Source: Marsupella aquatica (lineage: Eukaryota > Plantae > Marchantiophyta). Taken from it: a stretch of DNA of 64,000 bases. Positions 36,961 to 51,271 of this stretch are shown piece after piece. Under the pieces are notes generated by a model. That model searched no databases. It was not told where the DNA came from and worked only from the letters and a program-made list of their open reading frames with translations. Each line of letters begins with the position of its first letter. Position 1 is the stretch's first letter. Where the stretch lies: the NCBI GenBank assembly GCA_973895155.1, contig OZ316896.1, positions 21,841,622 to 21,905,621 of the forward strand, read 5' to 3'. A program made the position numbers and the translations under genes.

Positions 36961-39689
36961 TTGCAATCAGCATGGTCCGCCATTGCTTGATGTCATTTGG
37001 TGTAGGTAAAGCATCACGGTGCTCACAATCTGCTCTTGCATGTCCTGCCAATCATCACTATTAATGTCGCTTGGTTGATACTTAGTAGCTTACCAAGATC
37101 AATTTCATTGTATACCCCTTTCACTTATCGCTCCTACAACAAGTAATCTGTATGACCATTGTATTTCAAAACCTCAAACTTGAGACCGCCAAGCTTGGTT
37201 GTCCCCATCCTTCTTCTTGCCACTTACCGCAATACCAATAACCACAATTCTGCTAGCTCTTCCCTCGACCGCTCCAGTGACTCAATTGCTTTAGGGTCAA
37301 AGTCTTTGCCGACTATGGAACTCTCCAAAAAACTCATATGAGAAATCAAGAAAAAAATCATATTTTCCTAAACTTTTCCAAAAACTCAAAACTAATCACC
37401 ACCATGTAGCCCACAAGGTTAGCTTCCAACGCTGAAAACCAAAATCAAATTGAAACAAAATCCAACAAAATAAACTTACTAACTTTTCCGTAGAGGTGGG
37501 TAAAACCTTGACAACTACCCTATTTTGACCATCTTAAGGAACAACTGAAAAGCAAAGTAGGACGGTCCAACATTGGAAATGCAATTTGGTTGGTGCAGTG
37601 CCTTGCTAACTCCATTGAACACAAAACTTAACACCATTGAATAGATAAAAAAAGTTAAGCATTCCATGATTCTTTCTTTGAGCCAAACATGACAATAAGA
37701 AATAAGGGTCAGGGATAAATAGGTGCCATAGCTTGTCTAAAAAGCTTGAACATTTTTGTTGCACATCCTGTCACACTCGGTAAACAATCAATAACAAACC
37801 AGCTATCAAAACAATCAACTTACCTTGAACTACAAGCAAAGCTACAACATGCAACGCCTTGTGCACTGCAAAGTTCACACAGTCAAGAAAACAAATTATG
37901 GTTCCTCTTTTGAAATCCATTGAACACAAAACTTAACAAAAAATTCCAAAACAACACAAATTTAATTCCTCCACACCACGGATAGCGATAAGTGATTTCT
38001 ACGCACCTATATATAGAAAGCCCTTGCACCAATCTTTATTTGCTCAGCCCATAACCTCCAAGTTCCATGTGATAAAACTCTAGAAAAACCACCAACCGTA
38101 AATGCTAGGAAAAACCATCAACAAAAACCTATTGTCACCTTCCAAGCATGCTCTAATGCCAATTGTTGAACAAATACATCATTCACAACAACAAGCCCAT
38201 GATCATCCAATACATAATCAGTCAACATACTTTAGAGAGATATGTGGTTCACCTCAACTAAGGCTACATCCACAATTGCACACGAGAGCTTATTGCACTC
38301 TAGGCCTGTTGGCCATACCAAGTCTATGCAATACAAGATCTCCCCATCTCTCAACCAACCCCATAACCCCGTCCATAACAATGAGCCCGAGTTGCTGCTA
38401 TCCAAGCAAACGCCACCCGAGATATAGCATGCAACCTATAATAAAATCCAATGGATGCTGTGGTTTTGCCTGGGAATTGTTGAGACCATTCCTCGGCTAT
38501 TCCCTACGTGCTTGCATGCTAACTATTGTTGGAAGTTACCAACTGCTGGCTGAATGGTGAATGCATAGGACCTGGTGTGAAGTGGTTGCTCAACTACACA
38601 CTTGTCAAAGATCAAGTTTCAGAAATACCCTCAGGTTTTATCTGATATATATCAAGTAATGTGGAATATATGGCGAGCACGGAAATGGCAGACCTTTGCA
38701 CCAAGTAACCAACATGACTTTTCTCCAACATTCTTCTCTTGCTGAAGCCCTACATCACTTTTCTGCTGTTGGTGCAACTTCTCTCCCTAGGACTAGGTGT
38801 ACAAGATTACTTACGGCTAAGAAGTGCTAGCAACAAAAAGAGCTCACCTGACGAGACTCGGTCCCTAAATTCTCTAGCTCTCCCTGAATTTGTGTCTAAT
38901 TTTGGTGTACATTTCCGTTCACTGGCAGAATTGGGGGAATTCTTAATATTATGCCCCTGATCCAAGCTCCTTGCACTAAGAATGCTTTCTCCCTTGTACT
39001 TGGCACTAGTTTACGTGGCCCTTGCAGGTTGGATAGGGTTTCTGTCACCTGATAATTTTCTGGCTTCTCTAGCTTTTGCTTGCTGTAGCTAGACTTGCTT
39101 TCATTTGTAGATGAGGCTTTGAGGTCTACCGGCACTTAATTTGAGACCACTTGTGAAGTGCTGTGGGGTGCTTGGGCTGCGGTCTTTTTGTAGGCCTGGG
39201 CTTTTGCTAGCTGTTCCTTTGTTTGCTTCCCTTGCCTCTTTTCATCCTTTGGATGCTGTTATGCTTATACTGGCCTGGGAGTTTTTGAATATGTGGGTTT
39301 CATGTGGAATAACATTCAGACTGAAAAAAATTGTTCCAGAGGGACTTGCCCTTATTCTTGTTGATGGTCTGGTGACTCATTTGCTCGCGCCTCTTTTGGC
39401 CCCCTCTGAGCATGCACACTTGGATTCAGTGCTGCTTGTTTCCCCGGCCCTCAATCAGGATTTACGAGGAATTAATATAAATATGAAAATTTCTCAAGGG
39501 TAACTAGGTGCCCATAAATAAAAATGATTACTTGCAAAAGTATGGAAGGAGACTTTACAACACGTACTTGAATAAGCTTAACTGAATCTTCCAAAACAAG
39601 CTCTGTTGACCCCCATGACCCCCCAAAATAAGCATTGATCTGCATTGTCCAATGTTTTGGGATTGTCAAGAATAGAAACTGGATTTATA

Positions 39690-39952
39690 ATAGACGAGCC
39701 AGTGCCTGTGCGTTGCACGGCTCAAGGAGGGTTGGCCCATAGGGAGCTGGGCCGGGGCATATATGAGGCAGCATGGGGTGGGGTGTGGGGAAGCACGTAT
39801 GCGCCAGGAGTGCTCATTTCCTCCATCAATGGTCAGGGAAAGCAACCAAATGAATCCAACGGCTGTGGATCTTTCCCGCCCAGCCGGCCAGGATCTTTTT
39901 CGTATTGGGACAAAGGACAAAAAAACACGGGATCACTTATTATAGTTGTAGA
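39690..39952 (-). mobile_element. Non-autonomous Helitron (~263 bp)
   Basis: Minus strand starts A|TCTACAACTATAATAAG and ends with hairpin CCGTGCAACGCACAG about 12 nt before CTAT|T (canonical CTRR with one change). Inserted between A and T with no TSD. Confidence 0.7.
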
Positions 39953-40649
39953 TTTCTCAATTGATCGGATGGTTCTTGTTGGATTCACAACTAAGAGTTT
40001 TTTGATAAATAGCACTGGTGACAAGTTGACAAATTAGCTGTTGAAACCCTGGCAGTGGTACACATCCACGCCTCATAGAAGATTGGTAAATTAGACAGGT
40101 TTAGGGGATAGGATAGCAGGAAACAGTTCCCAAGAATACTCTTTCTTCTCCAACCTCCATGGTTTTGCATTAATATGATAGGTGAGTAGAACGGTAGAGT
40201 ACTACAATCTCTCCCAATGGTCCCCAAAATAATTAGTTAATGCTTGAAGACGTACTTACCCACTTTGGCAAAAGAAGGTGTCAGTTGGACAAAATATGAC
40301 AGGCAATGGATGCACTCAAAAAAATGTGGGAGTATGACACTCTTCAGAATGACATCTACAATCACACTGGGTAATCAAAGTCTCTTATTGAGTAGGGAGG
40401 GTTGGGGCCTATTTTAATTTTTAATTTTTAGGGGAAATACGTGAAACCCCATAGAAAGGGAACAGTCAGTCAAAACATTTGAACATTAGACCTATGATTC
40501 TCACCTCAATTGAGCTACCACATAGCCATGCTTCTCTCGGGAGGAGGGTTGGGGCTTTAAGGGGGTTTCACAAGAACTCAATGGTTGCAGTTGCCCCCCC
40601 TATGCGTCAGATGCAATTCTAGCCATTTAGACGTGGCTGGCCAAACTCC

Positions 40650-40922
40650 TATTTACACCAACTTAGGGGCACTATGAAGCCAAACCATTACCAATCTTAG
40701 TCATCTGCCAGTGAGCCCCTTGTGTGTCCATTTTTTGGTCAAAAACTTAGATCTCTTGAGGTGGTCTAAAAGAATGGACCAAACTGCTTTTTCTATTCAG
40801 TGTCTTTGCCTGTATTATTATTTCAAGATCTGAAAACACATTTTGGCTCAGGCATTTAAACATAGTGTAAGAAACTTTGCCTCTACTGAACTGTCTCCAC
40901 TGTCATGTAAAGCCCCCCTTAG
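40650..40922. repeat. Dispersed repeat family B, third copy
   Basis: AACTTAGGGGCAC...CTCTTGAGGTGGTCTAAAAGAATGGA...ACACATTTTGGCTCAGGCATTTAAAC...TGTAAAGCCCCCTTAG matches 21880-22505. Confidence 0.8.
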
Positions 40923-41256
40923 CCAAAGGAGACCACCAGCAATTTTGTTGGTATTGAAAATGATCTTCATCACTTTTGGCAAATTAATGGGGAATTTCTG
41001 TCTTCCATTAGACAATTTCCCACCTGGCGAACCCCACCCCATTATAGACAGAATATTATGGCAATATAGAAATCTAGGGCCATCTGACAGTCAGAAATTA
41101 ATGTAGGAAAATATGATAATGAATATTCAGAGCATCTTCTCTTTCACACAAGGTGACATTAGTCATCCTAGCAAAAGAGAGAGGGAAAACACCAGAGACC
41201 AATTGAGGCACTGGCTGATCAAGTCACAAAGGCACAATGACAACAATGTGAGATAA

Positions 41257-41383
41257 TGCTGGATGAGATAACTCCCACTACTGCCCACATTGATGGTAGT
41301 GCTGGGTGACATGACTCCCACCAGTGCCCAAAGTGATGTTAGTGCTAGGTGAGATAATTCCCACCAGTGTCCAAAGTGACTAG
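41257..41383. repeat. 43-bp minisatellite x3
   Basis: Units of the form TGCTRGRTGASATRAYTCCCACYASTGYCCAMAKTGA at ~41257, 41300 and 41343. Confidence 0.85.
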
Positions 41384-42077
41384 TCTCTTTTGACACAAGT
41401 GACGGGCCCAGGTTCCTCCCCTGACAGTGTACCCCGAGCTATGTCAACGCAAGATTCGACGGCCGAGATATCCTAGAATCGATCTCAGTCGTTGTACAAG
41501 GATGGTGGGCAGCTAGGGCCACTCCCTCCCTCTCCCAAATCTGGAGCTTAGGGAGTGGCATGCCAGGCTAAAAGGCCCAGGAGACACATTTCCCAATAGT
41601 GGAGGCCTCTGGGGAAATATTTTTGGCTCCCAACTGGTCTGTTTGGCTGACCAGTGGGAGTGCTCTGACACTGGCAACAAAGCAAGTCAACTCCATCTAG
41701 CAAGCGTTTTGCCACTGGTTTCTAGTGTTGGGTGGATACTGACAGTGACACATTGAGATTGGCTCAAATACCAAGAGAACGGATTTTTTCTTCACTTTTT
41801 AATGTAAATTTTGCATATATTTGTCACACCTTACAAGGCTGGTGAGATTACCCCGAAAACAAAAAGCATCTGAGATCAAGACTGAGTTTGAGAGAATACA
41901 TAAAATACACAAAGTTATGAATACCCTTGCCAAATGTCATCAAGCACTATGGTAGATTAGCTTACGACCAGCCATGCAAAATGTAGGGTGCTTTGCCAAA
42001 CTGTGGACGAGATGTCAAATTACGTGAAGTTGTTGTCATTCTGTACAACTCAGCATAGCAACACAGGCACTGGTGTG

Positions 42078-42392
42078 GCCTTGAGGAATTGTTTCCTGAG
42101 CAATTTCGCAATGCATATTGTGTCGATTCACGACTTCAACAAAAACTGAGAAACCACTGTTCTTTGGAAGTCAGCAGATTCTACCCCTGACTCAGGGTTG
42201 AGGACGTGCTTGTACAATGTGAATATCCGAATGCTGAAGCCTTGAGGAATTGTTTCCTGAACAAATTGGCAATGCATTGTGTGTCGCACCATGACTTCTA
42301 CAAAACTGGGTACTTCCTGTTTTCTGGAAGTCATCAGATTCCACCACCCACTTAAGGCTGAGGGCGTGCTTGTACAATGTAAATATCCGAAT
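42078..42392 (-). repeat. Tandem duplication (~160-bp period) of the PWD last 12 codons, stop codon and 3' flank
   Basis: Units 42078-42232 and 42239-42392; the distal unit encodes [12 protein letters not shown] versus [12 protein letters not shown] in the gene. Confidence 0.92.
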
Positions 42393-45300
42393 CTACAACA
42401 CAGCCTTCTATGTCCTGAGGGCAGCCAAACTTTTGCTCTAAGAAGAACCCAATTGTGGCAAGTCGTTGGCCAATGAATGACCGGAAGGCTGGGTCAACTG
42501 ACAACTGTTTCTTGCTGTAGTCTGCAGTTTGTGGAATGACTTTGCCATCAGCTGATTCTCCTGTTTGGACAGCAAGCTCCTCGCTGAAGTTGGCAAAAGC
42601 AAGTGTCTTCACAGTGCCGGTAAATTTGTTTGCAGCCAGACGCCAAGGAGACCCTCTCGTGCCTGAGGCAAGGGTCTCACCAAGGCCAGCAGCTATTTCG
42701 GCCTGGACTACGTTTTTGTCATGATCGATGGGGCTCACGGTGTGGAGGACAAAACTGAGGTCAGGTGCAAGAAGCTCCTGCACCAAGATTGCCATGGCAG
42801 CCTCCTTCTGAGAGACTCCTCCCACTCTTCTGCTCAGCACCGCCCGCCGTGTGTAGAGGGAGCCCCACACTTCAGCCACAGCTTTACCGAACGTTTCCGG
42901 ATCTGAGGGGTTCACATTCGGAATGGAGTCGTAAAGCCCCGCACCGGACATTCCTGCTAGATCTTCTACATTGGCACTAGATCGAACAATAAGTCTTGCA
43001 TTGGGATCAAAATTGGAGGCAATGGCGTCGACCACCGATTTCGCTGGTCTGAGGCTCGAAACCAATTCTCGGAGCTTGGTGCAGACTTGGTCGAGTGCAC
43101 CCCCCTCCACTTGGGCAGTCTCAGTTTGTTCCAGAAGAGATTGATATTCTGCAGTTCTTCCGCTCGCTTCAAGGGCTTCATCCATAGCTCCAAATGGAAT
43201 CACTTGACCATTGGGCACTTTAAAGGTTGCTGGTACGCCCTGATCATTTGCAACTGCAGACCCAAAATAGGCTTAGTTCAAGATCTCTTTGACTCAAAAA
43301 TCCAATGCTCATGTGGAGGCCACAAAGAGAAAACAAGACCGGAAGTAGGTTAAACGGAGACGATCTATTAACCAATTAATACCTTTCTGTGATACTTCCG
43401 CCAGGACAGCAAGCTCTCCACAAGCAGCTGCTTTCGATCCAGTTTTCTCCACATCTGCATTTGACAAATCCAACACGACGCCTGGGGGACTTTTCTTTAC
43501 CTATAGAGCAAAGAAAATCAATCAACGTTCCGAGTTAGATTTTGGCAAATGACGTGTTACAATCGGTGGGATTCAAAGAAACCTGTCCTCCCTATCCCTC
43601 CACATGCTATGTCACTAATTTCGTAATATTCTTCACTTGAGACAGTACCGTGCTGGAGTGAACTGCACTTGGCTTGGTCAATGTTGCAACTGCTCCTCCC
43701 TCAGATCCATTGCTGCCCTCCTCTTTCTCCTTGACTGCATCTTTGGACGCTACTCCAGCCAGCTCTGTGGGGAAAGTTCCATCATGTACAGCAACAGAAG
43801 CTCCTTCTGACGATGCATCTAACCTGTCAACACAGAAACATTTACCAACAGCGTCAAATGCTATATCAGATCGAGATCGGATGCCAATCAAGGGTAATCA
43901 ATCACTTCACGTTCTCTCCCATGGTAACGTTAGTGTACACTTGTTATGTCTTGACCATGCTCTGTACAGATCGTGACCTCACAACAATCAAACAAAAGTT
44001 TTCTCGTTCCTATCTTGCTTTCCATACGAGAAAACTATCTTAGGCAGGCTTACGAAAGTGGCAAAGTCCCAATGCTGAGAACATGTAATGGATTACTCTT
44101 CAACAAAGTTTTATTCAGTCATGGAGAAAGGGACTCAGCTTACCGTACTATCTTGCCCAAGAGTGCACGCAAGTCCGCAACCTTTTCTTCATCATCAAGT
44201 GTGACAAATACTACTTTTTCCTGCGCATTGTCGTAAAAACAACCTGTGAATATGAGGCTGAAGGAGTTTGAAGATTCTGCGTTCAATACTCTCATCTATA
44301 CATTATCATTTTGGAGCGAAGGGACAAGTTTGCACCTGTCGAGCTCTCACTCCAAGATGAGACAAATGCGGTAGCTCATGCTGTAGAATCACCCCAGCAA
44401 CATTTGGGCCAGCTGCCTTCACCTGAATTCAATGGACACATCAGAGGACTTTAACATTATATATTTTTCCCACTTAAGGACCAAAAAGCGATCAACTTGG
44501 GCAATCAGTAGAATAGAAATGAAAAATCTTGGCCAAAAGACAAAGAGCGTGCCTTCACAAAATTTTACGGCTGACATATTTCACATCTCTAGGTGGAGCT
44601 ATTCGTGATAAATACCTCTTCATCTCCATCAGCCTCCTTCACAAGTAGGACAACAGGCCCACCTGAAGATGATGGCAGCGATCCCGGTTCTATTCTATCA
44701 ACCTGCCAAATTCAAAAGAAGACTTCTGGTTGGCATGTTTAAGCATATACCATGACTCCCTCCAATACATTCGCTTTCCCAGTTTGTACTGAGCTAGATT
44801 TGGCACATGCCCATAAAAACCACTTGATAGTACATCTCTTATTTTACAGCAAATCTTTTTGTTGCGACTTCTTGGTTTTAAAGTTTACAAATGCTGAGCA
44901 TTGCACATCCTTTCAATAGGTCTTACCTCTACCAATGTCCCAATAGCCTGTCCAGGCATAAGGGCATCCCAACCTTCTGAGCCAGACACATCCCTGGTTG
45001 CTTTAAGTAGAAGGGAAACGAGCTTTGATAGCTGGAACACCACACTGCATTAACAAAACCCCAGCCGAAGAATGTTAAATATCAACCGATCGGTACACAA
45101 GAGCACGCAAGAGCACGCGCATGAGATCAAGCTGTCTGAATAAACTTCTGGATTCATCGAGGAAAGAGGAGAAGTTTGTCAGCATATGGCCAAATAACGA
45201 TGGAGTCTTCTACGCTCACATAATGATAGTACTTTACCTCGCTCGGATTTCTGCTTCTGTATATGTTTTCACTGAATTTTCAGGGATCCCAAACGCATTT

Positions 45301-48300
45301 CCTAGTTTCTGCAGTACACACCAAATAGAACTTACTTCGATTAAATAGATGGAATATTTCTCAAACAGTCAACTAAAAGTTGACTCGTCTCAGAGTCAGA
45401 ACCCAGAGATGCATGAGATTAACGATGAATGCTCACCTCTGCACGCTTAGGGTACAACTGGAGCAGAGTATCCGTATATGTCTCCGCAAGGCGTCGAGTT
45501 CGATCCAAAGTGGCTTTAAGTCGCTGTGCCCACATTTTCGTATCTTCATCTATGCCTGTTTGGATGAAGGAAACAATTATGAAACTTTTCACATCCGATC
45601 AACACAGATGACTTGTAACCGAGATCTCCTGTAATAAGACATAAGATGTTAATGAATTTGCTACAGAAATCGTCGCCAGCCTTACCATCTTTCTGAACAA
45701 TGCCAGCCGACTGCCAGGCTGATAGCTCATTCTCGATTGCAAGGCACTCTTTTGACTGCCAGCCAGATAGCCCTATCTGGCGAATACCAAGAACCACTGC
45801 TCCTAAGGGTTGATTCCAAGCCGACACGTTTGCAGACTTCGCTTCATTAATCAGCCACTTGGCTCCTCCAGCACTTTCCAGGGAGTTAATATATCTGCAT
45901 AAATTAAAAATACGGCATTGAGTTTGCATTGCCTACCAAATTTAACAAAATGCCTCATTATAAAGACGTGAAGTTCAAAGGGGACGACGAAAACCTACCT
46001 GCTCAGTAACACGAACGAGTAATCTTCGAGGCCAATCTCGGAAAGTCGCCACTGAACCCACAACAGGAGACAGCATTAGTAAGAACTTTACGTTATCTCG
46101 TGATTTATTGTTCACAGTGGGCCGGCAAGTGTATAGAATGCACTAAGTACTTACAGGAGCTACCCGCAATAAGTTTCTGTACCCAAAAAATAGAACACCT
46201 CATAAGATCCATTAGTATCGTGACACCCCATTCAATAAAATTCTAAGAGTGACGCCTTTGAAAACGCATTTATGTCAGATAGGAGAGCTCGTACCTTTTG
46301 TCGCATTGCTATAGCATCATCCGGAGCATCGTTACGAAGGCCGCTTTCCAGTCCTTGAATAAGTAAAGCCCTAAGTCCCGTAAGACTATGCAGGGTACCA
46401 ATAAGCATATCTGATTCCTTCGCAACACTTCCATTGTTTGTATTTCCAGAATTATCCAAGTTCTGCAGATTTAAAATAAATAAATTACGATGTTGATGAA
46501 GCAACAATGTTTTGGCACAGAAGAATACCTCAATCAAAATTTTCAATATTGCATGATCTAAATCCATCGCACCAACAATAGAGGAACTTGTGGGGCTTGA
46601 AGCAGCTGGAGCTATTCCAGAAGATAATATAATGTGAAATCTAAATTTGCTGGAGAGAAAAAAGCAAATTACCACTGACATGGCGGTAATAATCTTTGAG
46701 AAAATTAGGGCGAGGACGAGAGGTGCACTCACCTTCTTACTCTCAAGGAAGCTTGTCAGAACTGATGTCTTCTGTTCATCAAAAGAATCAAGGAGACCTT
46801 CCAGCTGCTCTGTCAAGCTGCAGAACTCAAACTCAGACTCCCAGGTAATATCTCGAAAAACTCGGGCTGAAATACTTGTTTCAGAATAGACCTAACAGTC
46901 ATATTAGCAAACCCGGCTTTAAGACTTTCCTCTTCACGAAAATATGACAAGAAGCTAAACAATAGCTTCCCTTTGAGCCTCTCGGTGGTCAGCCCAACAT
47001 GTCACGTAGATCTGATGCCAAAACCAAACTGTAGATTCATAATACAAGAGAAGACGGATATCCCAGTAGTCCAGCAGTGAAACACAATTTCTACAGTATA
47101 ATAGATCCGGGTACTGACCTTCCAGCATTGAAAAAGTCCTTCAACTCGCCGTAGAAAATTCTGAGTTGCTCTAGGAAGTCGTTACTATACTCCCCAGGAT
47201 TTTTGGTCACTCGTGCCAGCATGAGTTCTGTGGCGACCAGATCTTCCGGTCCAGCATTACGATGAAGCTTGTTTTGAATTGTGTGCTTAATCTCTTGCTG
47301 AAATGTCAATGAGAATCAATAAGATCGTCAGTCCATCATATTTCATGCGGTTGCAAGAAGGTGGATCAGTTTCCTTTAGGGAAAGATTTGCCCCAAGGTA
47401 TTCTGTTGAATGGAAATATGAAGAAAAAGCACCTTACAAAACTTACGGTTATGACTCTAAAGTTTATGGTTACTTTTCGGCAGCCAGAAATACAAATACC
47501 ATTAAGATAGGTAAGAAATCCAACAGAGCGAAAGTTGAAGTTGCTTACTAACCTTCAGATCATGAGGAATGTCATTCCGATGAGCAATGTCTCGGATTCG
47601 TGTCAAGGGAACAGAGGCTGTAAACTCTGCTTTGAATGCTGGTAAGCAGGGATGGATTTTCCTCACCACGAGTGCTTCCTGCATTGAGTTGTGGATGTTG
47701 AGTAGGTAGTGCAAGAACGATCCCCAGATATTGAAACCCTTGATATTGGTCTTGGAGGTTTACTTCAACTATATGTCCAATTAGGTCACAGAGCATAGAA
47801 TGTTTTCCACTCTGACAGAAAACTCGAAACGAAAGCCTGATACTATCAGGGAATCAATACGCATTAGTCAATATACGCAGTCTATACTGCTGATAACTTT
47901 CAATACCTTGGGTGTCACAATCTTCTGGGATGTTATTCTTTCGAGTTCTCTGAAAATATACCGAGAGATCTCTGCATGCTTATTTGGGCGATAGTGTCCA
48001 CCATCTTCACGGCACTGTATCTGGCCTGTATTTATCCACTGGCATTGCAATGTGGAAGGTTGGTGTTAGGCGTTTTGATCCCTAAGTTCGTCCAAATAAC
48101 ACTACAAGCTTGTCAACGCTCTCCCCCTTCTCATCCAATTATGAGTCCTACTCCAACAATGGTCGCCACAATTATCCAGCAGCAGAAGAACAATAATCGA
48201 TCAGACGGTTGCACAACTCAGGACTCTTGTAACATTGTCAGAAACTGACAATACCCGATTGAAATGCGAACTTACACAAATGAATAATGTGGGGTCAACG

Positions 48301-50475
48301 CATAAGTGAAAAGCGAAGCTCACTGGACAAGGTATGGAATGGCACCTTCAGATATACCGACGAGTTGATTAAAGACTCCAGTCTCTGTGTCTTTCCCAAA
48401 TCTTCAGTCACAAGTGAGCGTACAACCTCCAACTGCGTTTCAGATAGGGGACAAAAGCGCCTATCAGACGAAGAAGTCTATTTACTGCATACTATTCTGA
48501 AGCTCGATGGGATAAACATATTCAATAATGCAATCTCACAACTGAACACTTGCAGGACGAGCACTGAAACCACATTTTGTCTTCTTAATTTCCTAGGGAG
48601 CTACACCCACGGAGCGCAGAGAGCGCGAATGGGACAAAGCGGACAAAGAGGGGATCACCTTGCGCCACCAATTAGCAGAGTGCTGGTCACCCTCCACAAT
48701 GTGCTTGGCAGGTTCATCCAGGCCAGTGGTGTCCCACTTGCCAACGTTGTCACGTGAATGTTCGTTGGATCTCATGAAATTAATGTCCTTCCCTTGCCAA
48801 CCTTGGACAAAGGAGCTGCCAATCTCCGAATCTGCTGCCTCCGTTTGAGGAGCCGCTGAGCCGTTCACACTCCCCTCTCGCTTTTCCTCTTCTCCTTGAG
48901 ATATTGCAGCTCCATTGAGACCTTCAAACTGAACCTCTTCGTGAGTTGTGTCCCAATGTGCGACAACCTGATAATGGCTGCCAGAATCACCGGGGACAAC
49001 CAGTACCCGATTTGCACCATTCTCCCACACCAGGTTCCCATCCCCATTCACAATTAAGTACTTGTACTCAATCTTTTCTCCGGGATTCGCCTCCAGATCA
49101 GCTACCCAGCCAGCCTCCGTCCACCCCATTTGAACTCTGTTGTTCCATGATCCTGTGGATTCAGCTGATCCGAGTACGGCATGGTGCTCTCCGAAGTTCA
49201 CTTGATGATCCAACCTCAGTCTCACTTTCACTTTCCCATCTTGACATCTCACATCCACGCTCGCGTTTCTGCAGCATTGAGTCCAGCATGAAGGGCTTGA
49301 GACACAACCCGAGAACCCCAACAGTACAACTGCTGGTGAAGGAGAAGAGAGGAACCCAAAGAACTTATGTGCATCCAGGTCAAAATGGAGGCATTGACAA
49401 AAATGTACAAAGGCAGAGACCATATCGGAGAATTGTTGAAACGTACAGTGCACAGACATGCAAATTTCCCATGCAAAGGGATCCAATGAATCACCAGTAA
49501 AAGTAAGTTATTTCCTCCTCACACATGCCGGGAAGGTTGGAAAGACCATGGCTCGTCCCAAATGCTCCATGCAATTCTAGAAATTTGTGAACTCCCGCCA
49601 TGGTCCGCCATGGTCCAGTGCTACATATTTCTCAGAGACCCAAGGTATGCGATAGGAGAACAGAGGGTCAGGAAGCACTAACAGCTCTCGGGAGAAAATT
49701 TTGGCGAAAAAACACTGAACAGAGACAATCAGAATGCAGGAAATTGATTAAATGACTAGTACGATTAGGATCTCGCCCACCTCGCCGCAGGGAAGTTCTT
49801 AAAACAAAAAATAGGCTCCTTGCCCAAATATACAACGTTTATCATCATCGCAAATCTATCAACACTACATCTATCCCAGGATAATCGGAGGGTGAGTCGA
49901 GTGGAATGATTGGCTGTTGGGACTCAAGGGACTGGACGGTACACAGGACACAATTCAATTAAGTAACTCCCTGAATCGAAGGATGAATGAATGCACAAAA
50001 GGGCATACAGACCGGAAGAAAGGGCCGAGTGATAACGCAGACATTGGTGGCATGAAGACCACCAATGTGGACTACATAATAGTGCCAGACTTTGAGAATG
50101 AGAAATTCTGCCGAGAAGGTGCTACGGAAAGGGTCGGTACGAGGAAACCAAATCCAACCTTTCCACGACGCTGGTTGTGCTACTTCGCACCGCAAGCATC
50201 GAGTCTCTGAGAACAGCGGGCCGCACAGCAGCAGACGACGACGAGGATGCCAGCCGCAGGCCTTCGAGAAACACCCTGTTCTTCAAATTGACACGCTCCA
50301 ATCGCCGAGTCCTCCTGCTGCTGCTTCCTCCCACATTACTGCCGCGCACCACAACCCCACGAACGCTTCTTCCTCCCCCTCCCGCTCTCGTGGAGCATTC
50401 CGCATATTGTACCAAGCTCGACCTGCTCGTCGCGGCAGCAGCAGCAGCAGCAGCAACAACAGCAGTAGCAGCCAT
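42352..50475 (-). CDS. PWD: Phosphoglucan, water dikinase (PWD/GWD3), chloroplastic, ~1,239 aa
   Basis: 19 GT-AG exons: 50475-50159, 49268-48659, 48432-48346, 48038-47907, 47678-47553, 47297-47119, 46817-46733, 46462-46295, 46051-45999, 45894-45686, 45555-45437, 45308-45238, 45044-44927, 44702-44616, 44422-44336, 44220-44144, 43823-43649 (3' donor uncertain), 43500-43383, 43253-42352; total 3,720 nt in frame. Ala/Ser/Arg-rich transit peptide, CBM20 ([16 protein letters not shown]...WENGANR), phospho-His motif [14 protein letters not shown], nucleotide-binding [20 protein letters not shown] and terminal QARPQP. Confidence 0.97.
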
Positions 50476-50927
50476 CACCTCTCTCTGTTTCTGTGGTGAA
50501 CCCGGAAGTAAGTCCCCCCAAAGAGACACCAATCTCTCGAATTCCAAAATCCAATTCACACTAATCCTTCCTCAAATGCAAAATGAATTCATCTGCCTAC
50601 ACTTCGTCTCCGCTCTTCTCCTCCCTTCTCCTCTCGTTCTATTCTTATCTATTCTTACACAGCGCTAAGATTCCACAGAGCTAGCTGATATCGACAAATC
50701 GCTCTCTCTCTCTCTCTCTCTCGCTCACCCGCTTTATGTGGAAATCAGAGAACACTGGGATGAACGAAACCGAGAAAGCAAAGGAGGGACGACAGTCAGG
50801 AATCACAGGAGGGAAGGATAGGAAGTGTCAAGTTATTCACCAGAGCCCCACAAATCTCTCGTGCTCACAGTTTTCCTGCCCTCTCCTGTCCCGTCCTGGC
50901 CCGCCTCGCCCACAACATACGGTCTGC

Positions 50928-51023
50928 AACTCCACACCGTCAGCCGCAGAAGAATGTCGAGAAAAAGTGGCTCTGGAACTCCACACCACCGTCAGCACCA
51001 GAAGAATGTCGAGAAAAAAGTGG
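50928..51023. repeat. ~50-bp direct repeat x2 in the PWD upstream region
   Basis: AACTCCACACC(ACC)GTCAGC..CAGAAGAATGTCGAGAAAAA(A)GTGG occurs twice. Confidence 0.85.
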
Positions 51024-51271
51024 GTCGACCAGCGAATGTTCCAATCACTCTCCTCTCCTCTCCTCTCCTCAGCCAAATCAGCAACGCAATTAGATTGAAA
51101 TGAAAGGGAGTGAGCCCAATCAGCAGCTCTACTACTGAATGGAAAATGGAGGAGTGAGCAACTCAATCCCCTGTTCACAGCTTCTGTTCAGAGCTTCTGT
51201 TCTGCTCTGTTCTCATTCCTCTGCATTACCAATCCTATGGAATATAGTTGTTGATCGATTTATAATATTTG

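Noticed and set aside
41257-41383. CRISPR-like repeat
   Set aside because: A 43-bp minisatellite with no spacers.
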